Notes: generated by a model from the sequence alone, not told the origin. Shown: positions 8,904 to 18,735, numbered from the stretch's first letter. The stretch: DNA of 64,000 nt from an uncultured Acetobacteraceae bacterium (GCA_964247675.1 CAXTVW010000004.1:8854-72853), one strand, 5' to 3'. Numbers and translations: made by a program.

Positions 8904-9221
8904 TCAGTCTCCGTCGCTCGCCATGCGGGCGACGGCCGCCTTTTCCAGGATGGCCTGACGGAAGTTCTTTTTCGCGGCCTCTACCAAGGGGGCGATGAAC
9001 GGGTTGTCGGCATGGCCGGACACCCGCGCGTCGATGACCCGCTCCATCTCATGGATTGCGGATTCGATGCTGGCCGGTTCCTCCGGGTCGAAGCTGGCTG
9101 TCGCCAGGTCTCCATCAAGATTGCCCAAGGCCTCCTGAGCCTCCTTCAGCGACCTGCTGAGTTCCTCCAGACCTTTAATCTGCACCAAATTTTGTTCCCG
9201 ACTCGGGATGGACCATACCAT
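8904..9221 (-). CDS. Small hypothetical protein (105 aa) immediately upstream of the TIR-like gene
   Basis: ATG at 9221. Acidic, helical-looking sequence (LEELSRSLKEAQEALGNLDGDL...). Its stop is 11 nt before ATG 8892. Confidence 0.5.
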   Translation of the reverse strand: MVWSIPSREQNLVQIKGLEELSRSLKEAQEALGNLDGDLATASFDPEEPASIESAIHEMERVIDARVSGHADNPFIAPLVEAAKKNFRQAILEKAAVARMASDGD

Positions 9222-9930
9222 GAACGAACGTGTCTGCACGACCGTGTCCAGGGCAGGTTGCCGCCGGAGGGCACGGCAATGATAGGAAGGCAAGAGCAGG
9301 GTCCACAACGCGATGAACCAGAATCCTGTCGTTCCCCTGGCCTGCCACCTCGACTTCGCGCGACGTATCTCCGTGCCCGTCCGCCGGAGGACAATCCTCG
9401 TTGCCGCCCACCTGCCCGGGCATCCATCCCTGCATCTGGCTGACGCGCTGCTGGCCGACATCAGCGCAGGCAGGCCGCTGGCGGGGCATCTGTCGCCGAT
9501 GAAGAACCAGCGGAGGGTGTTCAAGCGCGCGAACCGGAACGGCAAGTGGACCGACTACAGACCGGTCATGGATCACCTCCTGAACAAGTGGCCGTTTCGG
9601 CATTTCCACTGCGGCGGCTCGGTGCCCACCCGCCGCTGGCGGCTCCTCCGACCAGCCGCGGCAGAAGGCCAAAGTCTGCGGGGCACCGTCCCCGCAGCGC
9701 TGCTCGAAGGCGACACAGCGGCTCGTCCGCCAGGATGGCCAGGGTTGGCGGGCATTACTCTTGCCGTCGCCTGCTTGAAGCCCGGGGACGCCTAGACCCT
9801 TTGCGCTGTTTCGCTGTAGACCGAATCTACCTCCGTCCGCCATTCGCCTCCGCAGGCTTGGAGGTCGCGTTCCTTGGCGACGGCTCCTCACCGAAAACAG
9901 CCGACTCAAATCAACTGGAGCACCATCGGA

Positions 9931-10803
9931 ATGCGTACAGCAGCAAGAGGAACAAGGGCACTCCTGATGGTTGGCGCCTTGTTCGTGCAGGCGGCATTGC
10001 GTCCTGCACTGGCCGACAACGCGATGGGATATCGGATGCTGACGGCAGCCGATGCTTCCAACCTGCCGCACAACCACGGTTTGCTGGGCATCGACGTGGA
10101 GCGTGCGGGTGACATTTCCGACGCCGGACTCAGCTTCGAACTGATGCGGGTGAAAACCGTCCGGCCCTCCTCGCCGGGCCAGGTAGCGGGATTGAAGGCC
10201 GGAGATGAAATCATTGCGGTCGATGGGCGGGTGTTCCCGGACATCGCGACCTTCGCGGCCTACATAGGCTCCCTGTCCCCCGGGACCGCAGCAACTTTCG
10301 ACAGTATACCTGCGGGCGGAGGCCCGGCGCAGGCGCAGCGCCTGACGGTGCACATCGGACCGACTTCTACGCACATGTCCACGGGCACGAAGCTCGCAAT
10401 CGGCGCGGGCGCGGTGGCGCTGCTGGGGTGCTACGAGCTCGGCTGCTTCTCCCACCCCAAGCCTGCGAACAAGCAGGGTGTGCAGCCGAACCTGCCCTCG
10501 CAAGGAAGCACGGTAAGTGGCCGTGCCCCGGTTGCGCCCGCGAACGGGACTGCGAGCGTCACTTGCAGGGACGGCACGAGTTGGACAGGCGCACGGCGCG
10601 AGCAGGCTTGCAGCAACCAGGGCGGCGTAAGGGCCCTCGACCCGCCGCCGTCCGGCAACCAGGTCTGGGTGAACACGAGGTCGAAGGTCTATCACTGTGC
10701 AGGCGATCCCAACTTCGGGAAGACCAAAAGAGGCGCATACATGACGGAAGCGGCTGCGAAAGCCGATGGGGACCGGCCGAGCGGCGGAAAAGTTTGCTTT
10801 TAG
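9931..10803 (+). CDS. Secreted PDZ-domain protein with a DUF3761-like Cys module and a C-terminal VWVN..SKVYHC..GKTK..YMTE module
   Basis: Signal peptide MRTAARGTRALLMVGALFVQAALRPALA. PDZ motif GQVAGLKAGDEIIAVDG. TCRDGTSWTGARREQACSNQGGV resembles DUF3761. Confidence 0.8.
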   Translation: MRTAARGTRALLMVGALFVQAALRPALADNAMGYRMLTAADASNLPHNHGLLGIDVERAGDISDAGLSFELMRVKTVRPSSPGQVAGLKAGDEIIAVDGRVFPDIATFAAYIGSLSPGTAATFDSIPAGGGPAQAQRLTVHIGPTSTHMSTGTKLAIGAGAVALLGCYELGCFSHPKPANKQGVQPNLPSQGSTVSGRAPVAPANGTASVTCRDGTSWTGARREQACSNQGGVRALDPPPSGNQVWVNTRSKVYHCAGDPNFGKTKRGAYMTEAAAKADGDRPSGGKVCF

Positions 10804-11453
10804 AACCGTGTGAGCGTCGCGCAATCAACGCATTCGCGGCCGTTCTGGCCATATCCGCCGCCGCACTCTGCGCCTCGTTTCCCGCCCGGGCGGCCAGCTT
10901 CGATTGTGCCCGGGCCAGGACCCCTCACGAGCACCACATCTGCAATATTCCGGAACTGAACATGGCTGACGGCGAAATGGGCATCGCCTTCAAGGCCGCC
11001 GTCGCCTCTTTCCTGGTCAAAGGTGCCGCTCTCGCCGTGCAACAGGTGTTCCTGACCGGCTACCGGCACTGCGACCAGAAGGATGACGGCAATTGCCTGG
11101 ACGAACTCCGGCAGCAGACCGCGAAGCTGCAATCCGTGATAGGGGCCGCGGTCTATGCGTCGACGGAGCACGGGGCGGCTTTCGGCCCTGAGGACGCGCT
11201 GTTCTGGATGATGCCTGGGACCGCCCGGGCCGAACTCCATTACTTCGGCGCCTACATGCCCGACATGGTCAGGCCGGACACGTTTCCCAACGGTGTCATC
11301 TGCGACGACGAGGTGACGCTGGCGAAAACCGCCAAAGGTTTCGAGGGGCGTGAGGACGGCAACGAAATCGATGTGACCGACACCGCGGTGGTGTCTAAAC
11401 TTAGCTGTGGCGCCCGAACAGGGTTGTTCGGGACAACGCCCCGGGTGCGATGA
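10794..11453 (+). CDS. Secreted LprI/DUF1311-like protein (start uncertain, TTG 10794 proposed)
   Basis: Signal-peptide-like AINAFAAVLAISAAALCASFPARA followed by ASFDCARARTPHEHHICNIPELNMADGEM, which is the DUF1311 N-terminal motif. Confidence 0.55.
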   Translation: MLLEPCERRAINAFAAVLAISAAALCASFPARAASFDCARARTPHEHHICNIPELNMADGEMGIAFKAAVASFLVKGAALAVQQVFLTGYRHCDQKDDGNCLDELRQQTAKLQSVIGAAVYASTEHGAAFGPEDALFWMMPGTARAELHYFGAYMPDMVRPDTFPNGVICDDEVTLAKTAKGFEGREDGNEIDVTDTAVVSKLSCGARTGLFGTTPRVR

Positions 11454-11490
11454 CCGGGCGCGGCAGCCTTTTTCGACCCTGGCCAAGCGC

Positions 11491-12558
11491 TCAGTGCGAC
11501 CGCTTTCGCCTCCTCAGCCCCTCGAGGTGTCGCTGGAACACCATGTGCTCGGGCGCGCCGCCCGTATGGGAGTAACTTCTGTCGGCGCTTTCCCGCGTCC
11601 TGTGCCCGAGCATGTGGGCGACGGCCCAACCAAGGTCCGGCTCATGCGCGGCCAGGCTGGTCGCCAGGCAGTCCCGAAACAGGTGTGGTCCCAGTTCCTT
11701 GCCGAAACGTTTGGCGGTGCGCCGCTTCAGCATGGCGTAGAGGGTTTGCCTGCCCAGGGGCGAGCCGGTACGCGACACCCACAGGTAGCCAGCATCCCGC
11801 TCGCCCGCCGCGAGCAGGCGAGGCCTGACCGCATCGAGGTAGCGGCGGAGGTGGGCGAGGAGGCCAGGCGGGAAGGGATACTCGAGATCCAATCCGTTCT
11901 TGGTCTCCTCACCCGGAAAGCACAGCCAGAGGACGCCGTGACGCTCCGTCAGGTGGATGCCCAATCGGACACTCAGAAAATTGCCCATCCTGAGCGGCCG
12001 CATGGCGAGCAGCGCGATGATCAGGCCATCGCGGTAACGCAGCAGCGCTTCGTGGCCTTCCCGCGTGGTCGGCCACTTATCGGGCTGCATCAACTCCACT
12101 CCGAAACGGAGCAGGTCGCCGGAGTCTACGACGCGCTCCGCCTTGCGCCGCGCGGACACCGACCGGCGGCGAAACCTCCCGACGACGGGTCGAAGCCAGG
12201 CGGTCGGGGTGCCGGGCGCCAAAAGGCAGGTCACGGTCTGTATGTGCACCAGCGCCGTCCCTATCGAGATGTCCCGCAGCCGCTCGCGTAGCTGGTCGAC
12301 GTAGAGCGCCACGGTCTCCCTGGTCAGCCGTCCGGCGGGGCCGAGCATCAGGATGGCGGGGTGCTCGTCTTTCAGCCACGCGAGCCAGCGCCCGTAGGAA
12401 CCCTGGATCGCCGCGACAGTGACCGGGCGCCATTTCGGACGGGGCCTGCCCAAAAAGAGCCCGTTGTCGAGTTCAATCGCCGCCAGCCAGCCCAACCGGT
12501 CGCTCTCGGGCCAGAAGCCGAGCGGGAGGGAGCGTCGCCGCACGGCACCGGCGGTCAA
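11491..12558 (-). CDS. Tyrosine recombinase / site-specific integrase (355 aa)
   Basis: ALLAMRPLRMGNF (Arg), HLFRDCLATSL, MLGHRTRESADRSYSH (His/Tyr region). Confidence 0.9.
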   Translation of the reverse strand: MTAGAVRRRSLPLGFWPESDRLGWLAAIELDNGLFLGRPRPKWRPVTVAAIQGSYGRWLAWLKDEHPAILMLGPAGRLTRETVALYVDQLRERLRDISIGTALVHIQTVTCLLAPGTPTAWLRPVVGRFRRRSVSARRKAERVVDSGDLLRFGVELMQPDKWPTTREGHEALLRYRDGLIIALLAMRPLRMGNFLSVRLGIHLTERHGVLWLCFPGEETKNGLDLEYPFPPGLLAHLRRYLDAVRPRLLAAGERDAGYLWVSRTGSPLGRQTLYAMLKRRTAKRFGKELGPHLFRDCLATSLAAHEPDLGWAVAHMLGHRTRESADRSYSHTGGAPEHMVFQRHLEGLRRRKRSH

Positions 12559-14324
12559 GGCGCGGCCTTCCGTCGCTTGCCGGATGACATTGCGACTTGC
12601 CGTTCACGGGATTTCGAGTGCCGCCTCCCGGGAGGAATCTTTGGGAGTTCCGCGCCCTGCAGCAGAAAGGCGTCGACACGCCCGGCGACCCCGGCGACAT
12701 CCAGCCGCGAGTAGGTGTTCACCGTGCTGGTCACCGAGGTGTGGCCGAGCAGCATCCTCACAATGCCGAAGTCGCCCGGGTTCCGCTCCAGGTAGTGTTT
12801 GGCCGCGAAATGCCTGAAGGCCGTGGGCGTCATCTCGACCCCTGCAAGGCGCAGGGTCCATTCCCGGACGAGTGTCCGCAACTGCCCGGGGCCGAGCGAC
12901 CCATGACACCCGCCGGGGAAGAGCGCCATCGACGGCTCCTCGACGAGCAATGGTCGGTACTCGCGCAGATACGTTGCCATCATCAGACGGCAGGCTTTCC
13001 CGAGCGGGATACGCCTTCGTCGTTCGGAGAGATACCTGTGCTGGGTAACCAGAAGACTCTCCGGGCCTTCCGGACCGATGACGACGTCGGTCCCTATATC
13101 GATGGCGAGCATTTCGCCGGGACGGAGCGGTGCACCGATCAGCATCTCGACAGCCACGGCCGTCATGAACATGCGCGCGGCGCGCCTTCCCGTTGGCTCG
13201 GCTCGCGCGAGCGCCGCGAGGCGACCCGGCAAGGACAGCAGCGAAGCCGTTCGCCGCCCGTCGTCGAATTGCGAGACCAGTATTCTGTTTTTGCGGGAGA
13301 CCCCCTGGTGACACCAGCCAAATCCTGCCCGGAGTCCGTCCAATGCAGCTTGGTCCTCCCCAGACGCCCCCGTCCACAGCCGGGCTATGGCGGCCACTGC
13401 CGAGGTGAGATGGGTCATTTGCCTCGTACGCGATCGACCGCTCCGCACGGCGAGAGTACCCAGGGCAAGCCGGACCATATCGGGAGTGGCGATGCTTGCG
13501 AGGGAGTCGAAGGATTCAGGGGCCTGGCCCTCAAGGACGAGCAGCGAGACGAAGGCCATGACGCTATGCCTGATCGACCGGACCGAAGCGGGACGCAGCG
13601 GCGTCCTGCCGCTGCTCGGAACATCGCGGGAGCGGAAAGCGAGGTAGGACTCGAGTTCCATCCTGAACGCAAAGGGAAAGGAGTCGGCTTCGTGTGCGTA
13701 CACGCCCGTGCGGCGGGGCAGAGGGACGTCGGCTCGTTTCGGGCCGGTGGACACGGGAAGGTTCCAGGCGACCCGCACCGCACGGAGGTCCGTTCCCGGG
13801 CGGCGGACGAGTCCTTCCGCCAACGTTATCGCGCCATATGCCTCGAACTGGCTCTCATCGACGGATGAAGGCCGAATGCCGCGGGCGGACATGAGGTGCA
13901 TGAATCGCGAGAGCGTCAGCCGCGTACGCTCGTCCGCCAGGCGAGCGGCGGTCTTTCTCCACTCCGCGGTGAGCGGCGCGGCGTAACGGCCCGGTGCCTC
14001 CGAAAGGCCCCACCTCTCCGCGGCCGCGCGAAGGTCCGGCCGCAGCCGGTCCCACGCGGCCATGCCGTTTGCCGAGCGCAGGACCAGAAGTTCCGCCCGT
14101 TTCAGGAGCAGCCGCGGGTTGGCGGGCAGATCGCTGGGCTTGCGCCCGAGCAGACGGGCGATGTCGGTGAGGCTTTGTGCGATCCGGTCGCGACGGCGCT
14201 TCCACATCGAGGTGTCCATTCGCACCGCGGCGGCAAGGTCCGCGAGCGTGGAGGTCGTCGGGATCGTCATGTGATCGAGCCGCATCGCCTGTCCCCCGGG
14301 TCTGCCAGGCTGCAGCCCGGCCAA
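12555..14324 (-). CDS. Tyrosine recombinase / site-specific integrase (589 aa)
   Basis: TPTAFRHFAAKHYL..., RMLLGHTSVTSTVNTYSRL catalytic region. 4-nt ATGA overlap with the downstream recombinase. Confidence 0.9.
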   Translation of the reverse strand: MAGLQPGRPGGQAMRLDHMTIPTTSTLADLAAAVRMDTSMWKRRRDRIAQSLTDIARLLGRKPSDLPANPRLLLKRAELLVLRSANGMAAWDRLRPDLRAAAERWGLSEAPGRYAAPLTAEWRKTAARLADERTRLTLSRFMHLMSARGIRPSSVDESQFEAYGAITLAEGLVRRPGTDLRAVRVAWNLPVSTGPKRADVPLPRRTGVYAHEADSFPFAFRMELESYLAFRSRDVPSSGRTPLRPASVRSIRHSVMAFVSLLVLEGQAPESFDSLASIATPDMVRLALGTLAVRSGRSRTRQMTHLTSAVAAIARLWTGASGEDQAALDGLRAGFGWCHQGVSRKNRILVSQFDDGRRTASLLSLPGRLAALARAEPTGRRAARMFMTAVAVEMLIGAPLRPGEMLAIDIGTDVVIGPEGPESLLVTQHRYLSERRRRIPLGKACRLMMATYLREYRPLLVEEPSMALFPGGCHGSLGPGQLRTLVREWTLRLAGVEMTPTAFRHFAAKHYLERNPGDFGIVRMLLGHTSVTSTVNTYSRLDVAGVAGRVDAFLLQGAELPKIPPGRRHSKSRERQVAMSSGKRRKAAP

Positions 14325-15137
14325 CCTTGAGCCGGTTTACGGGAAACGGGAACGGCGAACTCCGTGGACGACGCTCTCCGGCGGAGGTTGCGCACCTACG
14401 CTTACCTCATTCCGACAAACTGATTGGGTCACGATCCAGGGTCAGCGGTTCGCGATGCGGGAGGCACCGAGTGCCGTTCGCCGTTCTACGCCGCGGTCAT
14501 GGTCAGGCTTGCTTCGACCGTCTCGTCGTCGGTCTCTGCGTCAGCGGTCCCGTCGCCTTCGGTCGGCTGGCCCGTCGCCTGCTCGATCAACCGGAGAGGA
14601 AGTCGTTGCCGCGCCCGCATGAAGCCCGCGAAATCGTCCGACCGAAGCCGCGCCGGGTCCATGAGATGGGATTTCAGGTAAGTGTCCAGAGTGCTCGGAA
14701 CCATGGGCGGGGTATCCACCAAGCCGAGTCTCACCAAGCCATGATCGTTTCGAACACTACCGGTCCTGCTTGATCGATCCTGAAAAGCGGCTTGGCAAAG
14801 AATCGAAATTGCGGACGAAAGTCCCCTATCCGCGACCCACTCCCGCACGTCATGTAAGCTCCGGTTGCTTTCCTTGGGAAGCGGGCTTCGGGACGGAAGG
14901 TGGAACGCATCGCGACGCAAACCGTACGGTCTCCACCAGCCGCCCTTCGAAGGTATCCGGCCGCCGAGCGGGTCGCATTTACATCTTGAGGCTTGCCTTC
15001 ACTGGTCCCCTAGTCGCCCGTAGACTGCCTCGGCAGTTTGCCGTCATCTCAGCTTGCCGCACAGCAAAGCGTTCGATTTGGAAGCGTAGCCACAGGTCCC
15101 GCGAACCGGCGGGGTTCGAGGCGAGCTGCCAGAGGCG

Positions 15138-15470
15138 CTAAAAGCAGGCTTTCCCGTCGGACGGCCGAGCGCCTTCAGCCTTCGCCGCCGTCTCCGTCAT
15201 GTAGGAGCCCGCCTTCGTCTTCCCGTAATTCGGGTCGCCCGCGCAATGATATACTTTTGACTTCGCATTCACCCAAACCTTTGCCACCGGTGCGGGTGCG
15301 GCTGTGTCGAACGCCTTCACGCCTCCGTGGTGGCCGCAGGCGCCGCTACGCTGCGCGCCGCTCCAGCTGGTGCCGTCCTTGCAGGTGGCCGTCACCGGCG
15401 CTTGTGCGTGGGCTGCGACGCACACCACAAGCCAGGCGGACGCGGCGTAGGCGATGGCAGACTGACGCAT
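15138..15470 (-). CDS. Small secreted protein, paralogous to the C-terminal module of the 9931-10803 protein
   Basis: Signal peptide, then TCKDGTSWSGAQRSGACGHHGGV and VWVNAKSKVYHCAGDPNYGKTKAGSYMTETAAKAEGARPSDGKACF. By eye about 75% nucleotide identity to 10660-10803 in inverted orientation. Confidence 0.8.
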   Translation of the reverse strand: MRQSAIAYAASAWLVVCVAAHAQAPVTATCKDGTSWSGAQRSGACGHHGGVKAFDTAAPAPVAKVWVNAKSKVYHCAGDPNYGKTKAGSYMTETAAKAEGARPSDGKACF

Positions 15471-15955
15471 GATGCTCTCCCGACCCAGTCAAAATCGCAG
15501 GCTGTGCGCAGTGGAGCGCAAAACCAATCCGTCTTCCATCACTTTCGCCGTGTCCTCCGGTGGTGGCTCGCGCCCAGACATCCGCTGACAAGAGTCAGGA
15601 CCGAAAGGAGCACCGCCGGGTCGATACTCAGGTGCAGACCGAAAAATAAGATGGTCATCAAGGAATGTCCTCCCAATGACATGCAACATATCCCAGCCTG
15701 TCAGACCTGGGCAAAGGATATCGATGTGCCAGGAGATCAATGATATCGGCATTCAACACAGGGTGTGGCAGCTTCAGCGCGGGGTGATCCGGGGTGGGTC
15801 CGTCATGCGTCTGTGTTACGCTGTGGTTCTCGCCGCCTCTTTGCTCTGCGGTCCGGCTGCAGCTCAGACAGCCGTGCACACCTCTCCAAACCGTCTGGCC
15901 GGTCCTGGTAACCTGTGGTCTGGTTGACCACGGGAGCAGGTGTCTACCTGTTCAA

Positions 15956-15964
15956 GGGGGGGGG
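15956..15964. repeat. Homopolymeric G9 tract
   Basis: ttcaaGGGGGGGGGaagg, read directly from the sequence. It lies in a region with only short, mutually frameshifted ORFs. Confidence 0.9.
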
Positions 15965-16200
15965 AAGGTATCTCGGGAACACGAAGCAAAGGATCTTCAT
16001 CTGCGGACAGGCGGCGAGCGCCGAAGGCGACTGGCCTGCGAGGAATGGCCGGTAGTATGAACCCGGTCGTCCGCCACAGTCCGCAAAGGCATGTTCGGAA
16101 CCTTGGAAGCGTGGTCTTGATGCTGAAGGCGGCAACTTGGGCGAGCCCGGCCTCGTGTTCGGCTTGGGCTCCGGTCGGTTCGAGACGGACTGTGCAGGCC

Positions 16201-16230
16201 AGGATCAAGGGGCCGAAATCCCTTGATCCT
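16201..16230. repeat. Perfect 11-bp stem hairpin AGGATCAAGGG-(8 nt)-CCCTTGATCCT, about 40 nt downstream of the 16271 stop
   Basis: The arms are exact reverse complements. No clear U-tract follows, so a terminator role is uncertain. Confidence 0.6.
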
Positions 16231-16270
16231 GCCGCTGGACTGCATCCCGAAAATTCTTCGAAGGAGCGTA

Positions 16271-17593
16271 TCAGAACCGCCGCACCGTTGCGATCGCACG
16301 CGCCAGCATCAAACGCGCGCCCACCGGGATGCCCAACAGGTTGGCCTGCGTAACCTGAACGTCCAGCCCGATCACTTCCATCCTGCCATTCAGCGGTCCG
16401 GGAGTCTGCTCATTGACGATGACGTAACCCACTCCCGGCAATGCCAGCTTCAGGTTCACCGGCGAGCTAGCTGGCACAGAAATTCCTGCGACAGTCAGGC
16501 CAGTCAGTCCCGACCCGGCAGCTGAAGGTGTAGAGATGTTCCCCGTTTTGCTCACCTGAGCTACCGCTGCGACCGAGTCGGCGGTGACCAAGCCGCCCAG
16601 CACCGAAACGCTGGAGAGTGTCGCCGTCGTCCTGGTCACCAGCGACGTGCCCACCGGACCACCAAAGGCACTTGCCTGCTCCGATACGGCTGACGCGAGC
16701 CCGGGAATGCTAAGGGCGCTGGTCGCGCTTTCCAGTGTAGACCCGGCAGTTCCGGTACAGCTCGGAATACCGACTCCCTTTCCGAGACCGACCGCCGTGT
16801 CGAGAGCACTGGCCACGTCACCCGTCAGCTCCGCTCCAACCCCGCCTCCGGCCAGGAAGGCAGCTGGCTGTTCACGGGAGTAGCCCGCCCCGGCGTTGGC
16901 GACCTTGATCCTGCTGCCGACAGGCAGACCGAAGCTGTTCGCCGCGCTTACGTTGACCAGTAAGCCATGCACCTGGATTGAGGCCCGCTTTGTGTCACTG
17001 GATTTGGTCACGGCCTTCACCGTCACGGACCCGATGCCTGGCAAAGGAATGCTGGTGTTGTCGGGAACGGCGGGATCGATGTTTGTCCCCGCGATCACCA
17101 GGTTCGTCAATGTCGTGCCGTCATCTGACGTGTCGAGCGTGCTCGGCGTCGCGCCTGCGCTCGCTTTGACGGTGATCGCATCCGCTGTTATCAAACCGCC
17201 TAGAAGGCTGAGCTTGGTAACCTCCGATCCCTCGGTAGTCACAGCCGTGCTGTCCGTGTTCGTGCCGAGCGCGGTTGCCGTCGTGTTGGTTGCTGAAACC
17301 AGGCTACCGGAGACCCCGAGAGTGACAGCGGAGACACTGCTGGTCTTCTTCAAGCCATTCGTTCCATTGCAAGGGCAACCGACGGACGCGGCATGAAGCA
17401 TCGGCGAGGCGACCGTGCTCGCGCCCAAGAACAGCGCCACCGACGTCGCCGTTCCGGACACCTCGCCCGGAAGCGGCGCGGCAAGCGCCTGACATACCAC
17501 CCCCAGTTGCATGGACGTCATCAGTAGCGCAGCCAACGGCAAACCATGCCAAACAGACTGATATGACCAAGTTTTCTTTGTAGAACCAAACAT
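16271..17593 (-). CDS. Secreted repeat protein, possibly choice-of-anchor-P-like (440 aa from ATG 17593)
   Basis: Signal peptide LPLAALLMTSMQLGVVCQALA. It has an internal duplication: LSLLGGLITADAITVKA...LPGIGSVTV versus VSVLGGLVTADSVAAVA...LPGVGYVIVNEQ. The family name is tentative. Confidence 0.75.
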   Translation of the reverse strand: MFGSTKKTWSYQSVWHGLPLAALLMTSMQLGVVCQALAAPLPGEVSGTATSVALFLGASTVASPMLHAASVGCPCNGTNGLKKTSSVSAVTLGVSGSLVSATNTTATALGTNTDSTAVTTEGSEVTKLSLLGGLITADAITVKASAGATPSTLDTSDDGTTLTNLVIAGTNIDPAVPDNTSIPLPGIGSVTVKAVTKSSDTKRASIQVHGLLVNVSAANSFGLPVGSRIKVANAGAGYSREQPAAFLAGGGVGAELTGDVASALDTAVGLGKGVGIPSCTGTAGSTLESATSALSIPGLASAVSEQASAFGGPVGTSLVTRTTATLSSVSVLGGLVTADSVAAVAQVSKTGNISTPSAAGSGLTGLTVAGISVPASSPVNLKLALPGVGYVIVNEQTPGPLNGRMEVIGLDVQVTQANLLGIPVGARLMLARAIATVRRF

Positions 17594-17889
17594 TCTGCTC
17601 TCCCTTGACGCCAAAGAGGCCCTGTAAATCTCGAGGCGTACCCGGAACGTTACGGTAAAAAAAGAAGAGAATGCAACCGAAATGCACTTCAAGGTTTAAC
17701 TCTATTGTAACAGCACAACCCAGGATAAGCTTGCCCTTGCTAAAAATGAGGCTCGCCGGAAAGCGGTCGTTGTATTGCCTTTCCGATACACGGAGAAAGG
17801 TCTTCGGCAGCCTGCGGAGAGGTCCGGCTCTCTGTCAGACTCCAGAGGTGCCTCGTGCGGGCCCGTGGAGCCTTCCAGTCTAGGATGAG

Positions 17890-18735
17890 ATATAGGTCAC
17901 CGGCTGTTGGCTGGCCGGTTCGGTCTGACCGCGCTGCGGCAATCCCAAGCTGCCAACTGTCGGTTCCGCAAGTCCGGGGGTCACCTTGTAGGACGTCTTA
18001 CGGCGCCATTCGCGGGAAAAGTCGGAAGGCGCTGGCATGGGTTTCGGTCGTGCGCCTTGCGATGTCGGAAGCTGCCTCGCTGTCTCAATGGCTGAACACG
18101 TTCATAGGTCGCTTTTTGGAAGGTGACGCATCCAGGCCAGTCAAACTGGCCCAAGTATTTCCACTTGCGGTTGCTCTTGGGCGGGATGTTGGGCGTGGCA
18201 TCTTGGTCCTAGATCAGCTCGCGAATGCGGTCGGCGTCGTAGCCTTGTCCGCCAGCATGATGGTGTGCGGGCCGAGGTGATCGAGCAGGTGGCCTACGAT
18301 CTGCCCGTCATGCGTCTGGCCTGCGGTGAGGGCGAGCCGGATTGGGAGCCCCTGCGCGTCGACGACGACGTGAGTCTTGGTCGTGAGCCCGCCTCGGGAG
18401 CGACCGAGACAATGATCTGAACCACTTTTTTGCCGTCGCAGCCTGCTCGTGCGCCCGGATCGAAGTGCTGTCGATCAATCGGATTTCGCCGTCGTGTGCT
18501 GCGCTGATGGCATCCATCAGCCGGTCCCACACGCCTGCCTTTCGCCATCGCACAAAGCGGTTGTGGCAGGTGGTGCGCGGTCCATAGCGCTCGGGTAAGT
18601 CACGCCACGGCGCCCCGGAACGCAGCACCCAGAAGATGCCGTTCAGCACGCGCGGGCATCCATACGGGGCACGCCCCTCGGCTTGTTGGGCAACAGCGGC
18701 TCGATCACGCGCCAGTCGAAGTCGGTCAGGTTCTA
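17890..18735 (-). mobile_element. IS5-family (IS427-like) transposase remnant with several frameshifts and an in-frame stop
   Basis: LTDFDWRVIEPLLPNKPRGVPR / VLNGIFWVLRSGAPWRDLPERYGPRTTCHNRFVRWRKAGVWDRL / GRSRGGLTTKTHVVVDAQGLPIRLALTAGQTHD...DADRIRELI*DQDATPNIPPKSNRKWK, spread over different frames. Boundaries are approximate. Confidence 0.75.

Noticed and set aside
9175-10824. 549-aa ORF on the minus strand, plus similar long ORFs such as 8009-8839 (+), 12597-13868 (+), 23578-25077 (-), 31326-32303 (-), 31742-34039 (+), 39161-40012 (-) and 59456-60583 (-).
   Set aside because: These are shadow ORFs typical of high-GC DNA. They overlap genes with clear family motifs on the other strand or in another frame, are Arg/Pro/Gly-rich, and carry no recognisable motifs.
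14486-14920. A possible third recombinase that would complete a RIT trio.
   Set aside because: The 144-aa ORF has no Arg-His-Arg-Tyr region or any integrase motif. It could be a small unrelated gene (72 aa from ATG 14704) or non-coding.
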